A DNA stretch of 64,000 bases. It comes from Pseudovirgaria hyperparasitica. Its lineage: Eukaryota. The stretch is from NCBI GenBank assembly GCA_010093815.1, contig ML996568.1. One strand, given 5' to 3'. The notes under the pieces were generated by a model. That model searched no databases. It had not been told where the DNA came from and saw nothing but the letters and a program-made list of their open reading frames with translations. Below, one piece after another: positions 27,453 to 40,532 of this stretch. Position 1 is the stretch's first letter, and each line of letters begins with the position of its first letter. The position numbers were made by a program, and so were the translations under genes.

Positions 27453-28306
27453 TCTCGCGTTCAACTCGAGGCGCTTTCCTTCGGTTTACATCGTCCTGCT
27501 TTAGCGCCTTCGTTTCTATCTGACAGTATTCGCAGAATACCCAGGAGTTTCTGTGCTTGTTTATTGATGCGAAAATGACCGTTGCCGTTTCCCAATCACA
27601 CCGGGAGTCTTGATGATACATCGCGACTCTGTCTTCTGTAGATAGACCTGTTCAGAGGCTGTACAAGCCCCGTGTACAAATTTCCTTATATGATAAAGGG
27701 GCAGAGCCCCTGAGAAGAGGGAACCGTTTGACACGCTTTCACTCTCGGATACAGCACATGATGAATAGATAATATCTTAATCTGGTGGAGCGAGTAGATC
27801 AGTACTGTATGCAGAGAGATCTAGCTGAGTTAATTCACATGGAAGATGACGTCGAAAATCACCCCCCGTTCACTTAAATCTGAGGGTTGAATGTGATTGA
27901 ACGTTTGTCAGAACAGATTTACCCATCCAAAAGCACAGGCCAAACTTCTATAAGGTTAGGCTAGCCATCGGCCCGCAAGTGGCGCTTGGCAAAAACCTAT
28001 GGATGAATCTATGCCGATCGTCAAGTCGGTCTTCCGCAATCGTAACGTCATGAATGAATAAACGTCTGAGTCCATCCGTTCTGTGAAAATGGTCATTGGT
28101 GGTCATGCCGCGGCTTCATATAGAGGGACTCAGGTCATTTTAGCGTGTTTTGGAATCGTGTATGAATGAATGAATGCGAATTGTAATTTGTACGTATATA
28201 CATGTAAACCAAGACATACAAAACGCGTCTTAACATCTCCAGGCCGGCCGGCTCATTTTCTTCGAAAACAGTACCACTACGGTTTCTGGTACATGCTCTG
28301 CCAGAC

Positions 28307-29780
28307 ATGAAGTCACCACGTATCCTGTCGATGATGGCTTTGCAGGTCGTAGCAGCTCTTGCTGTCTCCGTATCTGCTCGGGATAGTAGTAGCGGCTCTG
28401 TTGTGACATTCCAGCATCCCGCCGACACTGTTCTGCGGACTGACAATGGCACGTACGGGCCTGAGGTTGAGGAGTGTGTATATTGTTATGATTGCCTGCT
28501 GGGGGCCAGGGGCAAGGCAAAAAGGCTCGTTCTGACTGTGCGGCAGGTTCCATTACTACTATGATCAGTTCCCGATCGGCCTCGCTGTCTCGAGCAAGGG
28601 CCGGTTGTTCGCTTGTTACACTCGAGGTAGCTATAGCTATACTCTCGGCGAAGCAGTCAATAAGACGGCGGAGGTATGTGATATCTTTGTAGTTTATGTT
28701 GCGACGACGATCATGCATGAAGAAAGACACTGAATTGACCAGGCGCCATACCCATCCGCCGCCCTCAACCTCCCAGTCGCACAGCTCAATACGACATTCA
28801 ACACCATCCCCTTCGGCAGCGCAAACTCCACCCATCTCATCTCCGTACAAGCCATCTACATCACGCCCTCGACGCCCAACCGCCCGGAAACGCTCTGGGC
28901 CCTCGACACAGGACGGCCCAGCATCGTCGCCGCGGACGGCAGCCCGACGATGCCCTACGCCCAGCCCGGCGGACCGAAACTCGTCGCCATCAGCCTCGCC
29001 AACGACTCCATCTACGCAACATACACATTCCCAGCATCCGTGCACTTCCCAGCCTCGTACATGAACGACCTGCGCTTCGACCTGCGGCCCACGACCACGG
29101 CGAGCGGCCAGGGCGTGGCATACATTGCCGATAGCAGCAACGAGGGCCGCAACGGCTTCATCGTCGTCGACCTGGGCTCGCGCGCCTGCTGGCGCCGTCT
29201 GACGAATCATCCGTCTGTGCTGCGCGTCTACGACAATGTGCCGAGCTACCAGGGCCGTGCCTTCTATGTGCGGCAGGCGGGCGGGATGCCGGTTGGGTAC
29301 TTGCGCGAGGGACTAGACGGCATACAGATCTCGCCGTGCGGCAGGCGGCTATACTATTCGCCGCTGACGTCGCCCTACTTGTACTCTGTGCCGACGGCGA
29401 ATTTGCTCGTGCCGCCGGAAGACGATCCGCTGGTGGAGTTGATGGCGGCGGGCAATGTGAGCACGCATGGGCAGCGCGGCGGGTTTGCAAATGGGTTTGA
29501 GGGCGATAGTCAGGGGTGGGTGTACCAGTTGATGCCGGAGCAGAATGCGATATACTATTTCGACCCTGCCGACCTGCAGGTCCACACGTTCGTGCGGGAT
29601 CCGCGGATCATTTGGCCGGATAGTGCGGCGGTGGGCGAGGATGGATATTTTTATATGAACATCAATCAGTTGCCCTATCAGCCGATGTGGAACGACGGAG
29701 TCGATGGGCGTGTCAAACCTGGGGCGGTTCTGAGGGCGAAGATTCCCAATGGGGGGTCGAAGATCACCGGCTTAGGGTAG
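28307..29780 (+). CDS. Secreted major-royal-jelly/yellow family protein (six-bladed beta-propeller)
   Basis: Signal peptide. After removing introns 28474-28546 and about 28674-28743 the protein reads YGPEVEEFHYYYDQFPIGLAVS..., WALDTG, MNDLRFDL, AYIADSS, GLDGIQIS, DPRIIWPD, INQL. Confidence 0.88.
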
Positions 29781-29902
29781 CGGGTGATGGATATTTTTCC
29801 AAGAAGCTATGGCCTAGATCCTGAAGAGTGCATCATGCCGAACGATGATGTAGACTCCTTGGAATGCTGATGTATCCAAAAAGTAGTCATGCCAACGGGT
29901 TT

Positions 29903-32197
29903 TCAGGTCACACTTTTTCCACTCGAGAAAACCTGACACAGTGCCTCCCCTTCTTCCGGGCTAAGGAACTCATCCAACAACTGGTGAGCCATGTCGGTAA
30001 CTTCCTCCTCAATTCCCGCCTCGAGTACCAGAGTGTCGCTGAAGGCAAGCCTAGTCAGCGCAACAAGATGCTTGTGGGTCCCGCCCTGTACAGCATCCAG
30101 CTTCGACTTCATGTCAACAATCTGGGGGTAGCCCTTGATGATGTGATGCAAGAGCCTAACGCATAGATTCACTGCTTGTATGGTTTCCAAATGTGACGAC
30201 TGGTTGAAATCATATAGAGAATCTATTGCGTCGCTCAAATACCGTACCATTCGTCCAATGGCCTGCCGATGGCGAGCCAGCGATTCTCCCCCGTGCGCAG
30301 TGACTGCGATAGCAGATAGTGTGGACAGCACTTCAATGCGAAGGTTTGCCAGCTCAAGTACTGCAACTGGACCAACTTGACCTTCCAAATCGGGTGTTTC
30401 AAATAATAGATAGGTAAGACGATCCAAGAGCAGAGTTTCCCGCCGCATCGTCTGCTCGGACGTATCACTCGGAGAACTGGCACCAAAACTGGCATCCAAA
30501 GCACTAGTAGAAACCAACTGGAGTGCCAGATTTATGTGAGAGATGGGCTGTGCTTTCATGAGCATGAGAAGGACAAAATCGTGTGGTACTAGCTGCCAAA
30601 ACACGCGGATGGTTTCTGTAGAAGTCAGAATGCAGCTAATTGCCATTTGCTGTAGTAAGGAAAGGCATGTCCAAACGTCGAGATCAGGGCTAGGCGTGGT
30701 GTTCGCAGATACTTTATCTCTTTCCGCTGGATATTCTTCGAGGGCAGCAGATCTGCCCAGAGGTATGGCGACAATATCAATGGTAGCAAGAGCAATTGGA
30801 ACCAGGTCTTTCACGAGACCCGCAAGAGTTTCTCGCGGTTCAAATGCAAGCATAAACTGCATCGCATGGATAAGGATGTTGATGGGGGCTACGTAGCGTT
30901 CACCGAGGCACGCGTCCCACAGGCCTAGTAATATCTTGAAGAAAGAACCGGGAAAGGACTTGGGATCGCCATCAGAAGGTAAGAGGGCCATCTTGTCGCA
31001 TACGAGAGATGTCAGAGACTGTTCGGGGGCGGTGGGAAGTGATAGCTTCGATAGTGCCTCAAAAAACAAGTCACCCCCTTCGTTCGTCCGATAAGACATG
31101 ATTCGTTGCAGGAACTCGAAGCGATGGTCTTCCTTTCGGAGATTGAGGACTCCTGTTGCCTCGACACCAGAGCCATTATTTGAGTCAACTGACTCTTGTG
31201 CTTTCAAAGTGCGATGCGATTCGCTGAGGATGAGAGGCAAGCCAGGGCTCTGTACTTCGAGAGCTGACCTTTTCCTTTTCGCGCCAACCTTAGGCGTAGA
31301 TGGTTTTGATCTAGCCTGAAGTTTTGAGGGAGAAGTCATTACGATGTCTTCGTCATCGAAGCCGTCGCCGAAAGAGCGATTCATGTTCTTCTTCGGAGTT
31401 CCAGCGGGCGAGCCGTTGGAGGTCCTGGCTTTATTGTTCGTCACATCTTTGAGCGTTGTGCGTGTCGACTTAGTCCTCCCTATCTCTTGGGCCAGGTCAT
31501 GTTCGAGAAAGCGATTATTTGTCTCCACTGTCTCTCGGTCTTTTCGCGCCTTCTCCAACTCAATATTTTGCTTTGTGAATGTCTCGCTATGCACCTTTTG
31601 CATCACCGAGAGTTTGCGCTCGAATTCCTTGGCTGACTGCTCATGTTTGCTTCGAACGATGGCAATCTCTCCTTTATGAGATTGAATGGTCGATCGCAAA
31701 TGGTCTCTTTCTCGCTCGAGTTCTGCGATCCGTATTTGAAGTTCAGACATATCTCCCATCGCCGAACTCTGAGGATTCTCGTCTAGAGCCCGTGATGTCG
31801 CTGGTTGCACCGTGAGGCCGCCTCTGGCGGAGGTCGCTCTGCTAGACCGCACAGAGAGCCCATTGTGAATCCGTCGGTCTATTGGAGAGGCATAGGGTGG
31901 ATTATAAGGTCTATGAAAAGCTAGCCCTTGTTGGTCAAGATCTATAACGTTTTCTTCTTCAAAGCCGTAATCATCAATAGTCGGTCTTGTAGCTCTTGGA
32001 GCAGTCGTTCCTACTACGGCCGAATTAGTGACTCGACAGGCACAAAGTCACACAGAGTACCTACAGGTTGCAAACGTGCCTGTGGGTCTTTGTGTAGAAC
32101 GGATTGCGGTGTTCTCTAGTTCGACAAGGTCGTTCTCGGGTAAAGCATCCAGGTCGTCATCGTCAAAGTCGTATTCCTCCGCATCTTGTACAGCCAT
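29903..32197 (-). CDS. Rad26/ATRIP (UvsD-like) DNA-damage checkpoint protein
   Basis: Exon 1 is MAVQDAEEYDFDDDDLDALPENDLVELENTAI (acidic N-terminus), intron 32064-32014, then coiled coil (GEIAIVRS...NNRFLEHDL), FGDGFDDED and a helical-repeat C-terminus ending AHQLLDEFLSPEEGEALCQVF. Confidence 0.8.
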
Positions 32198-32693
32198 GCC
32201 ATGCACGATTCAGGCATTTCAGCCAGAATGGGGAGTGGTCTGGAAGAGTGTGATGCTGAACCCTTATTCAATGTTGGGGCGTGTTTACTGGATATTACTG
32301 AACGCGGCCGAATGTTGGTGTTGAGATGGCGCGTGCTTTCACATGCGGCCAAAGCTTCCAGTTCCATGATAGGACGGATCGGCTGGGACTGCGCCGACAT
32401 GACGACTGGCGACTGGCTCAAAGTCCCCAAAGACGTAAGTTTGCAGCAAGGAAGCGCACTACCTTCTTTCGCACACCATATTGCGCGCCTCCAGCTGCCT
32501 CTGTTGCCTGCTTCATTTCATTTCCTCCATAAGCTTCGCCTCGCTTCAACAACACCCCTTCGATGCCCTCTCAGACCATCAAATTTGGCGCCAATCTCAA
32601 GCGCGTCCTCTAAAAAGTTGCGAGATTCCCGCCAACCAAGTCTTCCCTACCGCAACACCCCTACCCATCAGTTCTTCTTCTTCATATCTCACG

Positions 32694-34263
32694 ATGACGA
32701 AACCCAGGAAAGATGTCAAATTCCAGCACCGGGGAAGTGGCTCGCGCACGCGAAGACCAAGCAACAGCATGTCAGAGATCAGCGAGAATGAACCCAGCAG
32801 CCCCGCAAGGGCCGGAAACCACAACGGGTCGATAGCGAAGCAAGATGTATGCAATGTCACGTATACTCTTACAATACTAGAAGCTGACAGTCTGAAATCA
32901 AGGATCCGCCGCAATCCGACTACAACAAAAAGAAGCAGACCTTCATTACAAGAACGATATGGACCTTTGCAATGATAGGCGTTTTCTTTGGCGCTATCGT
33001 AGCCGGCCATGTCTATATGATCATGATCGTTACCGCTATACAGATCATATCTTTTAAAGAAGTCATTGCTATCGCCAGCGTACCTAGTCGTGCCAGGAGT
33101 CTTCGGTTCACCAAGACACTCAACTGGTACTTCCTGGCTATAACGATGTATTTCCTGTACGGCGAGAGTGTCATTTACTACTTCAAGCATATAATCCTCG
33201 TTGACAAAGTCCTCCTTCCATTTGCGGCCCATCATCGATTTATAAGCTTTATGCTTTATGTTACTGGTGAGTACTTGTATCCCGCTTCGAAGCATGGACG
33301 AGCTCATGTGTCCTAGGGTTTGTATTCTTCGTGAGCTCACTCCAGAAAAACAACTACAAATTTCAGTTTCAGCAGTTTGCCTGGACCCACATGGCTCTAT
33401 ACTTGATTGTTGTGCAAGCGCATTTTATCATGAACAACATCTTTGAAGGGCTATTCTGGTTTAACCTACCTGTTGCCCTGGTGATAACCAATGATATCTG
33501 GGCATATATCTGCGGAATCACTTTCGGGAGAACTCAGCTCATTGCGCTATCTCCTAAGAAGACTGTGGAAGGATTTGTTGGTGCATGGTTCTTCACGATC
33601 CTGTTTGGCTACCTGTTCACGAACTTCATGATTCGCTTTACATACTTCATTTGTCCGGTAAATGTACGTCGTCAACCCCACCTATAAACTGACAGTGCTA
33701 AAACATGACAGGATCTGGGAGCAAGTTTCTTTAATGGCTTAGACTGTATACCAAACCCGGTCTTCCTCCCACATACTTACCACATCCCATACATGCCTGC
33801 GAATTGGGCAATTCCGTCCTCGTTCACAGTCGAGCCAATTCAGTTCCATGTGCTCGTCTTGACTACTTTCGCATCACTCATCGCGCCCTTCGGTGGCTTC
33901 TTCGCATCTGGATTGAAGCGCACATTCAATATCAAGGATTTTGGTGATTCAATTCCGGGTCACGGCGGCATGACTGATCGGATGGACTGTCAATTCATCA
34001 TGGGGTTTTTCACATTTATGTATTATTCCAGCTTCGTGGCAGTCTCAAAGGCGTCTGTTGGTGGTGTTCTCGAGACTGCCATCACAGGACTGAGCCCACA
34101 GGAGCAGATCGAAGTCGTCAAAGGTTTAAGTAAACATCTGATCAATCAAGGAGTCATTCCTGCCAAGGTGAGTTCTCTGGGAATGAGTCGCACACATAGT
34201 AAATCAGTATTGACTTTAGTACAGGTTCTAGAATATCTCAACGGCCAGATGGTTCGCCGATAA
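32694..34263 (+). CDS. CDS1: Phosphatidate cytidylyltransferase (CDP-DAG synthase)
   Basis: Motifs NDIWAYICG, LSPKKTVEGF and SGLKRTFNIKDFGDSIPGHGGMTDRMDC. Four introns. ATG at 32694 (MTKPRKDVKF). Confidence 0.95.
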
Positions 34264-35333
34264 TCCCGACTTTGCAGTCGCGGTATCCCAGCCCAGGCGC
34301 GAAAAATTAGCACGTGTTCTCCTGAGGACAATCGTAATTTTCACTTTCTGTGTATACCCTTTTTGCATTCTCTTCTTCGATGGCGCAACGAGCTCTCAAA
34401 TCGTGGATATAATCATATCATGGAATGTTACGTAAGGCTCGGGCGGTTTCTCTCTTCATGCAAGACACCTAATATCAAAAAGACTTATAAGCAGGCTTGA
34501 TCATAGAAGACTTCTCTCATGCAATGGCCCTCATACTAATAAAGCCTTGTAAAGAATCAACCTAGCTTTAGGTCATATAAACGTCATATCGATTTTATCT
34601 AATGATCACCCGTCTCGCAGGACTATATTGCAGCATTTGACCCGATTTGCTACAGTGCTGTTAAGAGTCGCTTACAATTTTAAGAGCTCGACAGTCTCAA
34701 TGTATTATCCATGCATGTTCGAGATTAGGATTCTATCACCTTCATGGCCAGAGAATCTGATGTGGTATTGGTAGGCTGCGAATTGAGGTTGCACTTTGTC
34801 TGCATAGTTAATGTATAGAGTATCAGCTTCCAGTTACGCTTTTATGTTGGATGATCACTGCACTAAAGATACCGCGTTACACTCATGTCGGTATGAGCTC
34901 ACAAAGGCTACAGACTTAGGCATATATTAGAGCGATACAAGACTGTATCCATTGCAGTTCAAAAAGCCATCAGGAAATTATCATGGCCAAGCATGATCTC
35001 GTTTACCTATTGTTTCCCAGGATTGGTCTACACGCCGGTATACAACACTTGGCGCATTGGAGCTGTGCTGCTGATCAGCCCAGCCAAGCGTGGCGATCTT
35101 TAATTTTCGCTAGTTTTTGGGGTCCTATCTCGGCATAGGGTCTACATCCCTTTTGATCATGGACCTGCAAGACATATATCTGGGGCTGTGCGCAGATAGT
35201 GCTGGGCTAGTCCAGGCGTTTACGTTTGTATATGAGCGCGTGCGGTGACTTTGTCACTATTGTTAGATCAGTGACCGGTTGAGCATCTCAGTCAGTCAGA
35301 AAAACCAGTCCAAATTCCCACCCGCTCGACGAG

Positions 35334-36468
35334 ATGGCTCCAAGGCGAGAGAGCAGCTTTGGTCTCGGAGATTCGGATGGTAGTACGAGCAACCAATGTG
35401 TCGAGAATCACGCATTCGGTAGCAGTTATTCTGTTGGATGCGTCTCGATATTTGGAGTTACCCTTGCATTGGAGCTGCTGGTGTTTTGCTTGTGGATCTT
35501 CTACAGGAAACGGATTCCAGATTTGCTATGGTACTTGTTCGGAATATCTTTATTGTTTTCTATCTTGTAAGTCGCCCGCACTCGGCCTTGTGCCGGACCA
35601 CTGACCAGTTACAGGAGCCATATAGGAGAGATCATCACGTATACTCTGCTCGCATGCGGAATATTCTATCATGAGGACAACTATGACCAGAACTATGGCG
35701 ACGGGCTTGGGAATTACTACAAGACATATGTCGCCATCATCTGGCTCTCGAGACTCTCCTATGTCATTCTATTCGCCATCATCACAATACCACTTCTCTC
35801 TGTCGTCCGTCAGGTAGCTGGTACGAGCTCCAGGGCTTTCAGGTGGATGCATGCTTCGCTTCTACTTGCATACCTCCTCCTTACACTGACATATCTAGGA
35901 ATGCAGAGTGCCGTCAACGGGAATCGCTTTGCTTGGGGAGGCAGACAGAGACAAGAGATTGGCGATGCATATTCGAAGATAGGGATAGCGACCAGATTCA
36001 TCTTTTTCTTCATGAGTGTTAGTGTAGCCGCAGAGTTGATGATAACGCTTGTTCGCATCAAGAACCGCGGAAGTGCTCTTGGAGTAAGCGATTCTAATTC
36101 TAAACTGCTCAAAGCTCACTAATTTCCATTTGAAGACACTCCTGCTATTTTCCATGCTGTTTATTTTGTTCCTCTGGCTCAATACAGTATCGACGGTTGC
36201 ATACGACATAAAATACGATATCATGAAATACTACATACAGTACGATCAAGACAGATATCTCGCAGATGTGCAGGCATTCGCAGGCATTGGGACCATCAGT
36301 GGTGTTTTCACCTTCATCTTTCTTCTTCTTCTCGCTGGAGCGACCACTGCGAGCGCTACACAAGATGCAGTACCTCACGCAGTGGGGAAGTCAGGCGACT
36401 CTAAGGACAACGAACAAGTTCTGGTGAGCGCATCAGGACAACAACACACCATGATAGACCATACATGA
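35334..36468 (+). CDS. Hypothetical integral membrane protein, about 7 predicted TM helices
   Basis: Three exons (introns about 35568-35614 and 36084-36135, both GTAAG donors) join into a continuous frame with seven hydrophobic stretches. No family recognised. Confidence 0.7.
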
Positions 36469-37460
36469 ATGCGAAGAGAAAATAAACATGCGAATAAATG
36501 ATACTATGGTCACTGATGTTTTCGGGAAGTTGTAGTTAATCTCGGATTCAGAATGAGATCGGGCGTCGCGGTTCATAAAACCCGAATGTACTGTTATCCG
36601 GATGCGGTGCGAGCATATCCTCAGGAAGACTTTCCGACCGTTAACACCTTCTTGGGGCACGACGTAAGCCTGCGAGCGTGTGCTTTCCGGGCCGTGGCTT
36701 GACGCGCTACCATTGGTGGGTTTTGCCGAAAAAGGCAAGTGTTGCTACATCTCCGTCAAAGTTCGTCGCCGTAGGCAAAGGCCGGGGACGAGCGCACAAA
36801 TGCTCCTAGGAAAACGACGGATTAAACCTTCTCAAATCACTCTCCGGCCTCACTACCATTGGAATGGTTAGCGCTTAATTTTGATCCAATCAAGTGATTT
36901 ATATTCATCAAGTCCAACAGGGGTTGCAAATGTCGTAAATCGCTCTCTTTTAGAGCCTAACTTATGATATATTTTACCATATTTGGATTGCCTCAAAAGA
37001 TACACAGAGTAAGAGGTATACAATAATATCTTAATTTAAGATTTTAAGTAGAATAAAGCTACTATTCATGGTTGTGAGGGTAGGTGATCCACGACTTTTG
37101 CAACCCACTGTTGGTCCTGTTGGTCTCGAAATCATGAGTTGCACGAGACATACCAGCATGAATAGAGTCAACAGTTGGACTTTGCATTGGGCCATACGTA
37201 CTATCGGATGCAGATCTTTCGATTTGACCACTTGCGAGATCGATTTGCTGAGTCAAGTGTTGCTCCTCGGGATCAGACCTTGTCCAAACCCCGACTTTTG
37301 ACTGAAGAGACCAACGTCAACAACAACAAACACACGCTTCATGTATATAAAGTAGCAGGCGAATCCGCCAAATGGTATTACTCCTAAAGCATTAAAAGTT
37401 TCCTGAGACAGTTTTCGACAGAATACGATTAATACCTTGCCCCCCAAGAAATATCACACA

Positions 37461-39161
37461 ATGCAATTGGTTCTTCTTCTCATATTGCTCGGCGCAGCTG
37501 CCCTTGTGTTCTTGTTTATCAACAGAACAATCCTATCGCCACTTAGAAAGATACCTGGTCCGATTCCTGCCAGACTTACATCCAAATGGTTGTGGCTCTT
37601 GGATTTGTCAGGCAAAGGCCCAGCTACATTACGTGACCTGCATAGTCGCCACGGTATGTGTTATACATAGATCTCTAGAAAGTATAGGAAAACTAAACCG
37701 TCGAAGGAAAAGTCATACGAATTGGCCCAAAAGAGGTCAGCATCAACGATATAGATGTTTATACACAGACGCTCTATAAGCAAGCAAGCCCATATATGAA
37801 GGTTCGCAAGTGTCATTATTACTTCACATATACACACTGACTTTATTGTAGGAGCCTGTTTTCTATGAGCCGTTTGGAGCGCCTGGCGCTGGCGATAATG
37901 TCTTCACAACAGCAGACCCTAAGCTTCATTCGTTGTTACGACGAACCATGGCGAATAGCTTCTCTCGGAAGAGCATCCTGGAGTTCGAACCTCAAATTTG
38001 GGACACCGCGAACAAGATGACAAGTGTTCTCCAACGCGAGTTCGCAAATCGACCTCGTAACGTGAATGTCTCGAGCATGCTTCGCTGTATGATGCTAGAT
38101 GTCATCTCCGTCTTCGCATTTGGGAAAGACATGGGTGCTCTTGACAAAGAGGGGTTCGCGGAAGAAGTATTGACGGCTTTCAATAATTTCGATACGAGTA
38201 ACTTCATGGTAGGTCAACATAATCGCGGTCAACTGAACTACACACTGATTGAAACTCTAGTTTCAAGGCTCGCCCCGGCTTAGGCAGATCTTGCTCCCAA
38301 TACTGTCAAATATACCAATCGACAATTTTCAGGCAGTCACACGAATGCTTGCTGTAAGTTGAATGATATGGGTATGTGGCTCTGCTAACACCCCTACAGA
38401 AAGTCGACGAACAGCTTGCTAAAATCTCACTTACGGACAAATCTTCGAGTGCCTTGCTAAAGGGTACCATGGAGTCCCGCGAGAAGATGGGGTTGCCCGT
38501 GACTAAGCTTATCCTTCGACAGGAGGGTCTCGGTGCAATCTTTGCTGGGACAGACACGACGGCTATCAGTCTCACATATGGCACATGGGCGATCCTATCC
38601 AATGAAGCCATCCGATCCAAGCTCACGGAGGAATTGAGAACAGTTTGGGCCCACCGTGAAGAACACCCGTCTTTGAACACCCTGGAAGGACTGCCGTATC
38701 TTCAAGCTTGTGTCAAAGAATCACTCCGATATGCCACATCGGTTTCTGGACGTCTTCCGCGTGTTGTGGGTGAAGGGGGTCTTTCCGTCCAAAACTACAA
38801 CTTACCACCCGGGACTGTTGTAAGTTCTTCAAATTATCTGATGCATTTTGATGAGGATGTGTTTCCACAACCCTTCGTATTCGACCCTTCTCGGTGGCAT
38901 ACAGGCGATGTTGCGGCTTTGAAACTTCGTAATCGGCATCTGGTTCCATTCAGCGAAGGGTCGCGGAGATGTGTTGGTATGAATTTAGCACAAGCGGAGA
39001 TGTACATCACTCTAGCATCAATTTTCAGGTGGTTTAAAGCGGTCGAGGTGGTGGACAAAGAAATACGTGGACACCGGATCCTTACAACTGCAGTTCCAGA
39101 TGGAGTGTGGGCCAAAGTAGCGAGCATCAAAGACGAAGTGGAACGGGAGAGTAGTTATTAA
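37461..39161 (+). CDS. Cytochrome P450 monooxygenase
   Basis: N-terminal TM followed by PLRKIPGP. I-helix AGTDTT, K-helix KESLR, PSRW and heme motif FSEGSRRCVG. Four short introns. Confidence 0.93.
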
Positions 39162-39672
39162 TTAGATGACAAGGGATGAATGTACTATTACGCAAGAAAA
39201 AAATATAATGAAAATCCGACGGATACTACAAAGGACTGACAATGACTATGACTCTTTGTGTAGCTCTAATGCGCCGCGTTTGCTAAAATCGCGCCCTTGT
39301 CCATCACGGTGATCGCATCAACCACAATAATTAATACCTCACTCATTTGACAAGCGAAACAGCAACATAATTAGTCGTCGGCGTCGCTTGCCATCGGTTC
39401 AAAGTCCTGAAGACTCCACTAATTTCCGACAGCTGGTAGCAGTCTGTGTGACAGAAGAAAACTCTTCGCTTTCAGCCAAGCACCCGTCATAGGGCCGCTC
39501 TGACGGAATTTCTTGAATAATGAGAATCCAAAAAAAGGCATGCAGAAAATTTCTTCTTATTGGTGCAGCGCGAGCGAACGTTCGTGTGGCGTTTTGAGCG
39601 GTTTGATTGGCTGGCGCAGGCCCTCCTGGCGCTGGTTACGTTGCGTTTGGCGTGACCCTAGTGCCACTCGAG

Positions 39673-39770
39673 CTCCGCGCGGAGTAACGCTTTGTGCTGT
39701 GCGTGTGCGACGGGGTTGTTACTCTGGAGCTGGTGGATCGTAGGGCTGAGGGTAGATGTGATATATATAA
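39673..39770 (+). promoter_or_regulatory. Promoter of the 70-aa microprotein: CTCCGCGCGGAG palindrome and TATA box
   Basis: Perfect 12-bp palindrome at 39673-39684 and TATATATAA at 39762-39770, followed by a C/A-rich leader. Confidence 0.5.
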
Positions 39771-39905
39771 GGGCCTGGGAAGAAGCACGACTGAACAAAT
39801 TATCATCCCACACTATCCTGCAGCAAACTCATCAAACAAACTCTTCAAAACCAAGCCTCATAAATCTCATAGCCTCTTAAGCTCCTGAGCCTTCAATTAA
39901 ACAAC

Positions 39906-40173
39906 ATGTTCCCCGAATATATCTCCATGTACGGCTCTGGCGTCGCCGAAGCGCTTAAGAAGCCTGCTCCTCGCTCCTCCAAGACTTCCACTCCTGTTGT
40001 CAGCTCACGAAACTCCGTCTCCTCTGGTCCGCCCCTGCTGTCCTTATGTCAATCTCGAACTCGCGCTAATGATTACTACAGAACGCCGATCAAACAGCAT
40101 CGAGGAGGCTCGCAAAATCAAGAAGAGGTCTTTCTTCAGCTCTGCCACCGTCAACTACTTCACTACGCGGTGA
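39906..40173 (+). CDS. Ser-rich microprotein (70 aa, two exons), unknown function
   Basis: ACAACATG start. Intron 40027-40081 (GTCCGC...GCTAAT...ACAG). Spliced product MFPEYISMYGSGVAEALKKPAPRSSKTSTPVVSSRNSVSSERRSNSIEEARKIKKRSFFSSATVNYFTTR*, with C-ending codon bias. Confidence 0.72.
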
Positions 40174-40532
40174 ACTGTGCTTCAAGTCCAGAAGAAACGA
40201 GGAAGACGCTCCAATGAGTGTAATCGATTTAAAAGTGTTTTGAGCATTATTCCCATGGGATGGCGTTGGATAAATGGATGAGTTCTGGCCGTGCTCAAAT
40301 AGAGAATCATTAATGATAATGAGATTTTCTTGACCTTGGATGGGCAAAATGACCAATTACATAGGAGTATGTGCATCAGCGAGAAGCTTCAATTTCTTTC
40401 ATGCCAGGCCAGTAATCTCCACTCCTCGTCTTATGAAGCTACGAGGGCGGATATTGACACACGTGTCACATTGTCGGTACGATCCAAGATCGATCTGGAC
40501 AAGTAGACAAAGCCAGGGCCGGGTGATGGTAC

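Noticed and set aside
28230..29210. 326-aa minus-strand ORF
   Set aside because: Antisense shadow of the GC-rich MRJP gene; it crosses that gene's introns and has no recognisable motif.
32597..33340. 247-aa minus-strand ORF
   Set aside because: Antisense to CDS1, with no protein-like features.
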